Assembly (NCBI GenBank): GCA_976226885.1
Contig: OZ320315.1
Location: forward strand, 97,402,001 to 97,466,000
Reading direction: 5' to 3'
DNA from: Iphione sp. A-MEVVRFRX5
Lineage: Eukaryota
DNA: 64,000 bases
This document shows, one piece after another, positions 22,200-35,800 of this stretch (positions are counted from its first letter, which is position 1; each line of letters opens with the position of its first letter). Both the position numbers and the translations under genes were made by a program. The notes under the pieces are model-generated. The model was given only the letters and a program-made list of their open reading frames with translations, ran no database searches and had not been told where the DNA came from.

Positions 22200-22980
22200 T
22201 AAACGGGGTGCCAGCTGTACCAGTGCAATTGTTTTGGTTAGAGTAGCAATAGCCACAACACACTCCCCCTGTATTTTCTGAGAGAAACGATTCCGAACTT
22301 TGACATCTTTAGGCAAGGAAGCCCAAATGGCCTCGTTTATTTTGGTATTTTTCAACCAAGAAGAGTTCGAGGGTGGGGGATAACCTTTGTAGAGATTCAA
22401 AAACCCTTCCGAAGAAATAGGCGATGAAAAACACTGATCTATGAAGTGAACCACCTTTGCAGATGCTGGTGGCCCCACTAGTGGATCTGAAGCCAAATGG
22501 GAAGTGGCCACATCCAAGAAATCATCATCGCCTCGAGTAGTTTCCTCCTGAGAAGTAGAAGGAACCTTAGGTTGAGGGGTTTCCTGATTTGGGACAGACT
22601 CTTGTTCTACCACATGAGGGTGAGGTAGTTCAGACTTAGAACCAGGCTGAGACGCAGAGTCTTCATGAGAGGACTCATCATCTGATACCTGGTGGTCAGG
22701 ACGTTGAACTGACTATGCATATCCAGACCCAGCAAAGGCAGCCACTGTATCCGCTATAGAGTTAATACCGTCCGAGAGATTTTACCCAGACTGCAGTTCC
22801 TTATGCCTGAGTCAAAACGAGAAGTTATAGTGCAAATAGATGAATAAAGCTGCTAAAATAGGGTCTGAAGCAGTTGGGGAAACAGAAGTAGAAGTAGAAG
22901 GGATAGGTTCGTTCTGAATAGGAACCACGTTTTGGACCTGCACCGGTACGCTGATGGTGATTATACGTAATACCATAGAC
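22200..22980 (-). pseudogene. DIRS1 gag fragment
   Basis: GPPASAKVVHFID...YKGYPPPSNSSWLKNTKINEAIWASLP...SQKIQ is a typical DIRS1 gag segment. Confidence 0.65.
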
Positions 22981-22999
22981 CCCAATATTCAGCCCACGA

Positions 23000-23400
23000 A
23001 CTGAGGCCCCGGGGCCCTAACTGCAGGCCAATGAAGCTATCAATTGTAGCTGTTTATTCCTTTCGACTCTGGACTCGTGTAGAGCTTCCCTCAGGTAGAC
23101 ATTTTTAGCCCTAACGATCCGTTTCAGGTCAGCGGCTTTGATGAGAATGCTATTCCTTGCGTCGACACAGGTAAGTCTCGCTAGGACACTACGCGGTTTG
23201 TTCCCTGGCCTACCCATGCGTGTCGCACTTAGGAGTGAATCGGCATTATAGTCAGGGTCCAGTTTCTTGAGTAGAATGTTCACTGTGTCCCAAGCTGTGA
23301 CGTTGTCTTGTTTAGCTAGATTGTCAACAAGTTCTGTTTTCTCACATCCGATTCAAGATTCATTATGCTACTCGAATTCCTTCCAGCTAGCTGTCTGATT
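23000..23400 (-). pseudogene. Fourth L1-type RRM ORF1 fragment, cut before the NADAR position
   Basis: DVRKQNLL..., TRMGRPGNKPRSVLARL..ARNSIL...VYLREAL parallels the RRM of copies 1-3. Confidence 0.65.
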
Positions 23401-24759
23401 TGTGAATTTTTCTGATTTATTTCACCTGACAGTTTGTCTAGATGTCCTTCCATTTCAAATTTCCAGGCTTCGTCCTTCTTCACCAGCTCATAATTTTAAG
23501 CTAAGCCATCTGCCGATGCTTCTATCACTTTTAAACTTTTCTCCAACTCAGTTATTTTTTGGCAGGCTATTACTGTCTCATCGAGCCGGCTTTTAATCGA
23601 GGCAAGTGTCAGGGTAATTGACGATTGGTTCTCAGACAGTAGTCTCAGGGATTGCTTCATTTCAAACAGATCGGACTTATCACCATTTCAATTTGGGTCA
23701 TTCATATCTCCCCGGTCATTTGGCCAAGGGATTACAGTTAATTCAACATATGTTTTATCTGGATTATCCGGAGAAGGAGGGCTACTAACCTAAGAAGTCA
23801 CATCACTTGCCCTGTGGCGTTAGACCAGACATCTCTGTTTCGACCTATTGTATCATGGAACGGGAAATATTGGCCATAGCACCCAGCGGAGCTGTATTTC
23901 AGAGCAGGGCTCGTAAAGCAATGTTGGTAGTTCAATAGAGCTATGACTGGAAATTCCAGGCATATCATGGCCCGTATCTCCAGTCAAGGTAGCAGAATTT
24001 CTCTCTGATCTGGTCTGCATCCGGTTGGTTGGTTTTCCTTTCACTGGCATCTTTTTCCTAGCTGTATTATAAGTCGACTTTCTACTCGCTAGCTGCCATT
24101 TTTGAATCTTTAGTGTGTTCATAGTGTTTGTATCCTCAGCCCTATGCCGCTCGACCTCTGAGGCCTCCTCTCCGTCATTGTTAGCACGTGTCTGCTTACA
24201 CGGTGTTGAACAGGACATGAGTTTCTGTGTTGGGGAGAGAAGAATGGAGCAATGTAGTATCATTGCAACCTGGCGATGCCAGATCTAACAGGTTGTCAAG
24301 AGTGCTATCAAGCCTCACATTCAGTGTGTTTTTCCCCCTCCAATGTCAGGTTCAAAATCAAAAGTGCACTCTCTTTCTATATCGAACCTTTCAATTAACA
24401 TAGTTAGGAGTGCACTTTAGTAATATCTCCTAATAGTTGACTTGATGGAGTCTACTAGAGTGTAGAGCGGTAAGTGTCGTTGAGACCAGAACAGATTCAA
24501 TTTTGTCAGCAGTGGTCTACTGGTCACTGACCAGTTAATGCTAGATTTCTTGCTGTATAGTTCTTACCACTTTGGTGCTAACAGCCGTTGGTTTGTCGTC
24601 ATCCAGTCCGGGAAATTTCAGGTTTGCACCTTCCTTCTCACCGTCCTCATTTTCTTGCTCCATTTCTGGATACATCCGCGTCATTAATTTGATAGTGTAC
24701 AATATTTACATATGACCAGGGTCCAACAAATTTACAATTTAATGATATGAAATGAGGAA

Positions 24760-26060
24760 AGAGTAATAATACACAATACCAATAACATCTGAAAATGAGA
24801 AATACGTAATTCAACTACGTAGTTAAACTGGTCGGAACAGTCTCACTAAATAATGTAACCTAAATTTGACCAAAATTAAACAATATGATTCAGTATAAGT
24901 TCACTGTCATACATAATGTGAATTAATCAGACCTAGCATTCAATCTACATGAACGTTTTCAGACCTGTACCTACTCATGACTTGCTCTTTAAGCAATTTC
25001 TCAAGTTTTACAGTGTTCAAATCACATTTGAGATACCTCGGAAGTGAAGTCCACATTTGCATACCTCGATAGATCAGAGAATTTCTGTATATTTCACGTT
25101 TCACCTTTTCCAATCCCCCTAGGGATAATCTAGAATACCTTGTTTCCCTTAAATTTTTCTTATATATATATTATATTATATATGAACGAAGTTTCTTTGC
25201 ACATTTTTTTATAGATGTTGATTAATTGAATGTCACTTCATTGCTTTAAAGGTAATAGGTGCAAATACGCCTCAGTGTCACCTCAAATTCATTCATGTTA
25301 TTTGATATTGTTGGAATTAAAAAAACACCTGTACTCTGCAATTGACTGTATGTATGCCTTCAATAATGTAACCAATGTGTCCCTGTCAATTGAAGGTATC
25401 ACATTTTCGAAGATTGATTACACTTCCAAATAACACATAACTCAGTTTTCTTCTGCAGCTGTCAAGGCACTTGTATATAGAACAGTATCGTCTGCATGCA
25501 ATACAATATTGCCCTATTTAATGTACGTTTCAATGTCATTTACAAAAATGCTAAAAAGCATAGGTCCGAGAGTGGAGCCCTGAGGGACCCCACATCTTAT
25601 GATACCTTCTCATGATTCAAAACACAGACTGAAAGATAGGTAATTCCTGAACCACGTTCTCACACCTGCCAAACCCCAACTTGTAATCTGTTCTAATAGT
25701 ATCTGATGATTGACTGAGTCAAATGCTTTACGAAAGTCAATGAATATAGCTCCGACCAACAGATTATTATTTATAAAATATAATCTGTTAGCAGCCTTAG
25801 AGCTGTCCCTGTGCTATAATTTCGATGGAATCCATGTTGATAATTACTAAGTTGATTGTTCTGTACACAAAATTCATCACCTGTTCAAAACCATAGGTTT
25901 CAATTATTTTGGCAAATACATTTAGTACACTTCTTGGTCTATAGTTTGATACTTCAGTCAATTATTAGCTTACAAGATGATACTTTGAAAGGTCTACTTG
26001 CTTGCAGAATCGCACAAATTGATTTTTGTGATAGCCAATATTAGAAGGTGTGTTAATATT
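24760..26060 (-). pseudogene. 5'-truncated CR1/L2-type LINE RT relic
   Basis: Manual minus-strand translation: NYRP.SVL, QHGF, FIDFRKAFDSVNH, GVPQGSTLGP, LHADD. Confidence 0.85.
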
Positions 26061-26101
26061 AATTTTTGCAAACGATATATTTGTAGTCAAATGATAACTA
26101 C

Positions 26102-26205
26102 CTCTCTCGGGGTGATATGTCCTGTGGGGAAGAGCAGCACTGGTCCAACCTGCAGGCAACTCTCTGGCAGAACATATGCACATGTGGGGCACCGTCGCAT
26201 AATCA
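26102..26205 (-). other. Putative 104-nt coding exon (AG...GT), homolog of 54180-54283
   Basis: ttgacag|TG ATT ATG CGA...GAG|gtagtt encodes IMRRCPTCAYVLPESCLQVGPVLLFPTGHITPRE. Confidence 0.45.
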
Positions 26206-26959
26206 CTGTCAAGTAGGGTAACTTTGAACTGTGATTGTAACATGTTGAATCGATTTTAACTTTTCTTGTATGAAACACTACTCGCTTATATAGTGTGGTA
26301 ATGCACACGTGGTCGTTCTGGTTGATTTCACTCATGATGACTCGCCCTATTCATGCCGTCACCTTTAACTGAACACATGCAGTACCTGCTGTATTAATAT
26401 ATCTTGGCAATTGTATTATGGTATCGTTAGCTATGTCACCAACTGAATGTTGAATACTATAGTACATATCTAATGTTACCTCCCGAACACTGAAAGCCAC
26501 AATTGACTACACATACAACAACAAACATGTGGTCCTTTCTGAATTCCCACACAAAAACGGTGACCACACTGTTCCAACTGAACTTCTTTCGATTCTGGTT
26601 TTGAAAATTCCTTATTTGAACCTTTGTGAAGTTTACTATTCTGTCGTTTTGTGTCTACTTGTACTTCAGATATGCTATTTTTTGTCCTTGACTTTGTAGT
26701 AGGCTTTGAAACCTAAACAAAAACCTACTGGTGACCTTACATATGGTTCTTTTTTCATGGGGTATTACCATACCATACTCCTTGGTACAAGTCTCCCACC
26801 ACTGTGCACGTTTTCGGTAACAAGTCTATAGTTACCTCCAATACAATCACCGGGCTACTCATTTTGGGGGGAGTCTTTCTCGGAGTCCTTCTTGGGGACG
26901 CTCTTTGCCCTTTCTTGCCTTTGGGCACAGTATTTGTTGACGAAGCATGCCTTGCAAAA

Positions 26960-29900
26960 AAAAGAGCCATGTGACAGCACACAGTGCCTTAAGTTGACAT
27001 CTGACAAGCGGGATCTGTAAGGTGCGTTCCCGAAACTGGATCGTCTTGGTCACTCTCACCTGGAGCAACACACCGTAGCTGGTGAAAACGACATCCCCCC
27101 TGGTCAGCGGGTGGAACTCCGAGTCTTGGGACTTGAATATGTTTGACTTGCGGAGCAGGCTGCGAAAACACACGCAGACAGCGACCCAGGTGAGCCACTG
27201 GGTCCGATCAGACAGGTCAACATGGTGAAACATAGCTAGCAAATGGGAAGGGAACAGCGGGTACTTGAAACACACCTGGCAGCCTAGTTCCCTTTTTAGG
27301 CCACGCAGAAGAAACTGGATGCTGACCTCCTCCCTGAAGGTGTGGGGTAGACCCGCCTTCTTGTGCATCCAGATGACTCCAGACAGGTAGTTGTCAATGG
27401 TAGCGAAGGACAGGTCACTCGACAGGAAGGCGAGAAACCGCGCCACTGTCAAGGTAGAAGCAGGCAGTGCTGTGAGGTGGTGGGCACTGCAAAAATCGAA
27501 GAAACGTTTCCACTGCGAAGCCCTCGTCCTGTTAGTCTACATGGCAAAGGCACAGGACATGAGGAATCTGCGTCTGTTGTCGATCGCACCCAGGTCTGCA
27601 ACACAGGACATAAGGGTCAACACGTGACAACCCAGATGTGGAGCTGCGTGACAGACAGTCAGCAATAATGTTGGCTTGGGTAGGGATATACCTAGCAGTG
27701 ATTCGGAAATTAAACATCGCCGACCACCAGAAAACCTGATGGAGTATGGTCATGCACACCGGTTCATGAGACGTCCCTTTGTTGATAGCATGCTTCAGTC
27801 CCATGTTGTCCGTGTATAAGACTACATGCCTGGCACGCCATCTCGCAGCCCACCTGGCTGTCGCCATTAGCACCGCTGCCGCTTCTCTAGGAAAAATAGA
27901 GCTGCTACATGACTGTGGGAGGCCCACATCCAAGTGGTGGTGATGTCCCGCCGGGGGCTCCGCCACAAATGCCTCAGTGTGGTTGTCGACAAAGTTACCC
28001 CGTAACCAGTCGCCACACCAGGTTGCCCGTAACCTTCCAAGCTGGCATCCGTCTTGACACAATCGACAAGTGAATCGTGGTGAACGATGATCTTAGCTGA
28101 TCTGTTGAACACTGCGGTGAATTGCGACCACCATTCATGTCCATATGGAATTCACGACCAAGGCGTACCCTGCCAGCCTTGCTTCTCTGGGCGATGCCCA
28201 GTGTATCGATGATTCTGTGACAGAACGTTCTGCCCCCTTGAACCACTGACGCACAGTGGTTGAGCAAGCCCACGACACGTTGTAGCTGGCGAGTAGATGC
28301 CCTCTGTCGACCTGTGAAGAACTGCAGGTCCTTATGCAGGGCTTCTAGTTTGTGCGCAGGAAGATGTAATTGCATGTTGACCGTGTCCACCTTAATGCCA
28401 AGGAAAGTGCACACTTGCAATGGGGAAGTCAATTTCCCCCAGCTGATGTAGAAGCCCAAGTCTCTCAGCAGACCTATGGCAATCTGTTGATGGTCGACAC
28501 ATTCCTCCCTAGTGGGGGCCGCTATGAAGAAATCATCCAGATAGTTCACACACGAGACCCCTCTACGTGCCAGACGCGTTTAATGAAGCAACTGATATGG
28601 TGAAAGAGACAGGGAGCTGCCCTGGTGCCAAAACATACACAATTGTCCCTCAGGTAATAGTCGGTCCCCCCGAACTGCCACTTTAGACCTTGATACGACC
28701 TTTCTGTAGGGTGAACATTAACTGACCTGTAAGCAGATTTGATATCGATACAGCATGCGTAGTAGCCAGGGCCGATGACATCCGCCACCTGGTCAATCCT
28801 CGCGAAGGAGAATGTTTCTGTGGTGGCGTTCATGTGGCTGTTGATGGATATCCCTTTGGGCCTGCTACAGTCTGTGATGGGGCGAACACCCCCCCCCTTC
28901 TTTGGGACGGCTCCCAACGTGTGTATCTGCTTTGGTTTGTACGTCAGGACCGTGAGCTTGTCTTCCTCGATTTCCGACTGCAACAGGCGCGACAGGAATT
29001 CTCCATCGTCGTTGCTCCGACACGACTTGTAGTTTTCCACTTCATACTCTTCGATCATTGTGTGAGGATCAATCATGCGAAAACCGTAGGCTACCCCATC
29101 TAAAAGGTAATGCCCGTCTGGATCTTGACCCTCCTGAATTTCTCTGTGCCAGGCTCGGAGGCGTAGCTGGCTTCGTACCCCCCCCGATGGAGTTGGTGCT
29201 GCCTGCGCCCCAGGCTGACCGGAGGTTAGGATCGCCATAAATCAACATAATGTCCGGAGATGACACCACACTAGAAAAACCTCCTGATTTGACAATCCTG
29301 GCACCACCAAGCCTGTTTAGCTGGCCCGTGACTCCTCCTCCTTCTTCTTGGATGGACATTCTGAAACCTTATGTGATTTTCTGCAAGACGAACACACGTG
29401 CAGTCTGCGGCAGTTGGTGAAGGTGCATTCCCTCTTGTTAAACTGCCAGCACACGTCTTGGGGGAAACTCTCCCACTCCTTGCCCCGGCGCCTCTCCCTG
29501 TTCGACCTTGGAAACACTGGATCACCGGATAGGTAATAGGCAACACTGTCGGTGTCCGCTACGACCCAATCCGCCAATTCGCCCGTGAGCACCTTGGTTG
29601 TCACTGCATGCTCATACCTCACCAGGTTCTCTGCGGTGTAGCCCCTCTTGGACCCTTCAAACATAACAAACCTAAGATGATTCAGGTAACCCGCCATAGG
29701 AAGACAACATTTCATAATATAGGCCAGAACGCTTGACATGCCGTAAAACAGCTCACCGAGTTGAAGTCGCTCATGGGGAACGTCTCTTGGTACATGGACT
29801 TTGGGATGGAATCTGCTTGCGGACTTCTGCTTCCCATCGGAGTGAGCCTCTATATCCACAGCATTCTTGTCCTCGTTGAATGGTGATTCCAAGATCCCTG

Positions 29901-30420
29901 CCTCAGGGAACCTGAAGCCCTGGCTTGTTGTCGAACTATGGCGTGGGCCGCCAGATCGCCCGTTGTGCTTGGCGGGAAAGGTCGATGCGTCCGGCTCGAT
30001 GCTGTCGCGGTTCCCCCCGTTGTTCCTGTTCCCCGCATGTATGCCCCGGTAAGTAATACGCAATTCTTCCAATTTCTTCCTAAGCCTGGCCTCCTCCAAC
30101 TCTTGTACCACTGCGATCCGGGCTTCCTGCTCCTCTACCTGCTTTTAAAGCCATGACAGGTATTCCAGCGTGCCCTGTGCTGGTTCCTTGCTCTGGTTAA
30201 TGTCCGGGTCTTGACCAAAAATACTCTTGTTCGTCGCCAGATTCTCCCCCAGGTCTCCACCCATAAGACCAGTGGTAGAGTTCAGCAAGGCATAAATTTG
30301 CCTGCACTCTGACCTGACCGCGGGACGATGACAATCGCCACACGCACTGCAGTTCATGCTCATGAGGATAGCAAAGCAAAAATTCGAATGACTAATGGCA
30401 GTTGAGGGTGCCAAGCATAC
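26960..30420 (-). mobile_element. Ngaro-type tyrosine-recombinase retrotransposon (gag, RT, RNase H, YR), frameshifted, 3' truncated
   Basis: gag CWQFNKREC..C...H.CSSC...H...EC. RT IDIKSAYR, FG...AP, YLDD. RNase H TDASLEG, YTDNM, NIIADCLSR. YR LLRKSN, TKTIQF, lacking the HxxR end. Confidence 0.9.
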
Positions 30421-30929
30421 ATATATAGCAGTGGGGAGGCGCCACCTGACGTATTCCTCTCCGAATTATATGCGCGTATACCCAAACATACGCTAGGCAT
30501 TTACCGGGGTGGCGTCAGGTTTGGACTTGCGTTTCTTGCATTCCCTCTTTTGGTTCAGGGACAAGAGGATCTCTATACCCACCTCCAGCTTGGAGATCCG
30601 GTCTTCGAGTGGAGGATTGATGGGCTTCCAGTCCGGCAGTTGTCCCAAGAACCCTTGCGGTGTTCCTGGAGCAGGGTCCTTGAAGGTTCCAGCCTTAGGA
30701 TCCTTGGGAGTTCCCATGTTGTGATCCTTTTTTGTGCCATTGTAGGCCTGCTACAATGGTTATTGTTCAGTGGCACTGCTGACAGTTGTATCATTACCAA
30801 CACAGACACAGTGTTGGGATAAACAATACATATTACAGGTAAACAACATCACAGCAGTCTGGCAATAAATAAAGGTAGTGAGACAGGTATAAACGTAAAA
30901 ATAAAGTAAATGAAGAATGTTGTAGCGCA

Positions 30930-31250
30930 GCCCTAACGGCTGCAGGGGTAACATGAGGGGGATAGGCGTGGACCCCGTCAGATCTCCAGTACCCTCTTTC
31001 CATGACCTGTCAAAGCTCAGCTGTTGCGCAGCTTCCAGCATCATGGAGCTGCTTTCTTGATCTTACTCTCCTCTTTTATCTGCTTGGAAACTTTTCGTAC
31101 AAGGCAGAACACGAACTCCTGCCTTTCGTGTACTATCATCTTTGTGATGGCCTTGCTCTCCATGCAGTAAGTGGGCAATGGCCTGATCCCACATGACCAT
31201 AGGGTGGTCATCCCATTGATCGCAAGTTAATCAAGACATTACCCAAGGAT
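30930..31250 (-). pseudogene. Possible SGNH hydrolase C-terminal relic
   Basis: One frame reads RGYWRSDGVH (SGNH block V DxxH). Heavily decayed. Confidence 0.3.
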
Positions 31251-32850
31251 GTTGGGCTTGGCCGCTGCTTCTAGGCTATTGTAGCCTAGCCGCCATAGTC
31301 TTTTGGCTTGCTCTGACAGGTTTTCATCTGAGCTGGTCTCTTATGTCTTTTCTTGAGAGTGCCAGCAGGACATCTATTTGACTCTGGGGAAAATAACAAA
31401 ATACTTCTGTTTCACACACAGCTACTCATGAAAATATTTCAACCTTTCATTACACTCATACACCCAGCATCAAAGAAAGTTAATGTCATGATACATCTTG
31501 ATAGACCCTGGCATCAGTGCCCCCTCCCTCACCAGGGGTCTTATGTCACAGCATTTAATCAGACTTCAAAGTAAGATAATTAGGCACTTAATGTATGATG
31601 CATTACTACATGTAGTCAACCTGTACCTATGCATCTAGGGAGGTTAGACCTACTTACTTGTAGCCCCTTGTCATCAGCAGTGTCTTCACCTTGTTCCTAA
31701 ATATGGAAATATATAGTTTATATGCTAGAAGAGGCTAGAGAGAGAGTGAGTGTGTGGGGGGTGTCTCTTGATTGTGGGGGAGGACAATAGGCACATTGTT
31801 CCAAGGCCCTTGCAAGTACTGCGACTGATGCATTGTGCCTCATGAGACCATCCCCCGAAAGACTCCAATGTTCTGCCTCAGGCTGATGTGACTCTGGAAG
31901 CAGCAGATATGGCCAGTAACGAAGTAGTCCCACCAAGTCAAGTGGCTTAACTGACTCTTTGGCCATGGCCTCAACAAACGCAAGAGAATGAGGCCATAAA
32001 CCTTTGCTCTGGAGTCAAAGTTTCCTCTCTTATTGGTGGCCAGCGAATCTTCACATCGGTTTGGATATCTCTCATATAGTGGGTCTGCACTGTACCAGAG
32101 TAGGGAGGTAGACTTCCATCTAACATCTCCCTACCCCACAAATAATGCCCAGTTTTCCCCTTTGGAATAGATGCCTCCTGTGACGTAGCCTGCTGCGGTA
32201 GCTGTCCCTGCGTGGCTGTTGGTTGCACAACCTGTAAATGCCTCCCTCAATTCTCTCCAACCCAGCATTGATGGTGGTGGCAGACTATGGCAACGCTGTC
32301 TAGTTTCTTGTTCGTGAATAATCACATCGTCTGGTTAACCTGGTTCATCTGGTATGGGAGTCCTGCCGTGACTGCATGTGGTCCTTGACATGCACTCCAT
32401 CCTGTTTGTGTGTATCATTGGAATTAGTATTTTCCTGGTCAGAGCTATTGCCAGGCTTGTTGTAGTTCCCTCTATATGTTTCCATGGCATGTGGTCTGTA
32501 AAATGAAATAAAATAATTGAAATAGTGTGGTAAGATAGGCCACTTGTGCCTGTGACAGACCAGTGTTTATTTCAGTTGACTGGTGTACATAGAGAAAGAG
32601 GCTGAGACGCTAACTGCATTGCTATATATATATGTGTGTGCTCAGTCGTTCCCTCCCTCACAATACCTTTGCATAACATGCCTTGATCTTCAGCGGTGAG
32701 AATGACATTGTTGCCAGCTGCAAAGTCCATCATGATAAGCTCCACCGTTAGGTGCATCAGTTTGTAGTTCTTTTTCTTTCAATGTGACATGAGCACAAAT
32801 ACAGTTGTATCACACATGAGAAGACAACATGAAGTGTGGCAGATACGAAG

Positions 32851-35800
32851 AGCTTTATTCATTCTTCATTTGATCATTTCTAGACCTTGGAATTACCTTA
32901 CATCTTTACAGTAAGCATACATCTTTTTCCTTGAACATATATACACTGCCATACATCTCAGACCATTAAACAGTGCACTGGGACTCATACATCATCATAC
33001 AATAGGTATACCTCCATCAGACCTGCTGTGGGGTGGGTGGTGGTCATTCAAATCCAGCGGCCAACGGTTAACTAACAGCTTTATTCATTCTTCATTTGAT
33101 CATTTCTACACCTTGGAATTACCTTACATCTTTACAGTAAGCATACATCTTTTTCCTTGAACATATATACACTGCCAGGCAAACTCAATTAGCAGCCACA
33201 GGCTGGGCAGCTTGCTTTAGCAGTTTTGCTGCCTGCCACAAGTCCTCCTCTCTTCTGGTATACACCAGAACAGAGGGGGCTGAGGCCCGCATGCCCTGCG
33301 CCATAATCTGTTGGATAGTGGCGCCTGCCTTCTGAAGTGACACTGCACCCCCCCTCCTAAAGCTATGGAGTGAAAACTTAGAGGGGTCTAAGCCTAGATT
33401 TCTGTTTATTAGAGAGAATGTGTCGGCTAATTGCTTTGTGGTGATCGGGCACATGGTGTATACATCTGTGAACAACGCCTGTGTGTTACTCAATTTTGGA
33501 ACTAGCTTAAACATCTCCGAGAGGGCTCAATGAGGGCATGTAGCTGTATCTGTCTTTGGCAGGTATAACACTCTTTTATTGTTCTTATTGATAGTCTTTG
33601 ACCATTTTACCTGTATAACAACCGAGTCGTCTGTAAGATTTACGTCTGCTAGGGTCAAATGTTTCCCTTCATCAAATAGATGAGGCTGTCTAGGGGCTAG
33701 GTTCGACTGTCATAACAGCGAGTAAAACAACACCATATACGCTGCCTTGAGTACAATACCCACCAAGCCTGTAGATGTCAGGTAATGAACTATTTTTGTC
33801 AAGTGATCATGGTCAACTGGGGCCCTTCTGTTTATTACATGTGGGGACCTCTTATGGATTGCCTTAATTGCAGCCTGTACGAACACATTTTGACCTACGC
33901 TATCTGGAAGGCCTAGCCTCTTCAAGGCTGTTCTTACATTCGAAAGATATTGGGATATTACACTAGGTGACAAGTTCTGTAAGTCCAAGTATTCCAAGAA
34001 TATCAGAATTATGTTGTAGTCTACATTATATCGGTCTATTTTGTAGAATATGCAGAAATGCAGATATGCAGCTGCCCTGACTGCGAGTGGACGAAGGTGA
34101 CAATCTGCAAACAGACTTATGCATTAAGGATTTGATCCAACATGCCCTTTCTTGGGAACAACCTATTAACATTGGCACGCCTCAGGAACTGTGTGACAAT
34201 AGCATGGTGTTTCCTGGAGACATACATTCTTGATAGTGCATCTGGTATTACCAACTCCCTGCCGGGTACATGTGTGAACTTCAGAGATATCTGTCTCTGC
34301 ATAGCTACCGTCCATGCAAACCTAACCGGAGCAGCTAACTCAGGATCTCTGGGAGTAAGGGCTGACATCGTACAAACTGTAGCCATGTTGTCCGAATGGA
34401 CTTCAACAAGTGAACCCGGGGTCAGCTTTGTTGTCATCATTGACACTGCCAAAGCTAAGTTAATGGCCTCTAGCTTGCTTATCGTACGGTCCTTAATATG
34501 AGTGTTGGGTATTGCATAGAAGTATGTATCTGAAATTGCCCCAAAACCTTCTAGACAAGCATCGACTCTTATTGTTCTAGCTATTACATTAGAAGGGAAG
34601 AACTGTACCCAATTATAGATTTGCAAGTAAAAGGATGAGAGACGTGTACCAAACGGTAGGGACAAGTCAAAGTAATACATTTCTTCGATCATGAACACCA
34701 GTAGTGGCCAGTCCAAGGGGTCAATTTTGAAATTTCTGTAGGCGCGGCTTATGTCTATAGTAGCAATGTAGGCTTGGTTACCAAAATCACACAAGTCTAG
34801 AGCTAGCTCATGCGGGGAGGGGAGCGTCATGCTGTACTGGATGTTATATAAGAAGTGTGGGGGTATGCCATTGTTTACACCCAACGCTGATAAGTCAATT
34901 ACAACCCTTCTCTTCGTAGGTTCATTCTTCGGCCTGGTTAGTATGGGGCTGCAAGCATAGTAGGTGAATGGGGGGTTCTTGGATGGTGGTGATATAGCTC
35001 TACCTGCCAATTCTTCATCAATATAGGCCTTAAGGTGCTCTGGATAAGTTACTGCTGAATGGTAATTTTTTATTTGCACATTTGGAACCATCGGTTTGAC
35101 ATATCCCAATTGAAAACCATATTCTATCCCATCTCACAGTATCTTATCCATTGGGCTTTCTGCACCAATTAATTCTAGCCAGAGGGGAACATAAAGATCA
35201 GACTCGAGGGGTATCCTGCATTCATATGCGTTGGGGAGACCTGTGGAGCGGACACTATTGTATGTACGTTGTAGCAGAGGGCATTTTTTTCTGCAAGAAA
35301 GAAGGCCAGTTAGTAACTCTTGCATATATCAAAGCAATGTTAGATACAGGAGCACATTCAATATGAGGAGCATTCAATAGAGTGTCTATGTCATGTTCAA
35401 GTGGTGGCTCATGTGTGTCCTCGGTGCAGCTAGGCTCTACTGGTCGGTCTGGTGACGCCATCCGTCCCTGTTGTAGTTTTTTGACTCCTGTCGTGAGTCT
35501 AACCTAGCCACCCTTTTCTTGTGCCGACACTGATCCAATTTGTGGTCCAGTGTTTTGCTGTACATGGTATAACAGAAAGCACAACAGTGTAGCATCTTTG
35601 AAGCTTGTTGTAGGTGCTCCGTCTTCTCAGAACACTTGCCCGTCTGCCAGACAGTGCAGGGTGCAGATACTTCCTTCTCATCCGCTTTAACCTTCGTCTC
35701 CTTCATGTGAGCATGAACTGCCTTCGTCTTCATCTTCTCTATTTTAATATCCTCCTTCCACTCAATCTGACCCGCCTGGAGTGAGCCACATAGCTCGGTT

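Larger units (their letters stand above)
17015..22200 (-). mobile_element. Three-ORF NADAR-LINE, copy 2 (near full length, lightly decayed)
   Basis: Short 5' UTR, ORF1 22129-20564, SGNH-like ORF 20481-19881, APE-RT 19870-17097, then AATAAA (17037-17042) + (ATT)7 tail (17015-17035). Confidence 0.92.

Noticed and set aside
30493-30717. Small Pro/Lys-rich ORF with a short coiled coil upstream of the Ngaro element
   Set aside because: Too short and no motif.
31718-32325. Coding-like minus-strand ORF cluster; considered Tc1 transposase, RLE-LINE C-terminus or Gypsy gag
   Set aside because: Only 3-5 residue resemblances, mutually inconsistent. Cannot be assigned without a search.
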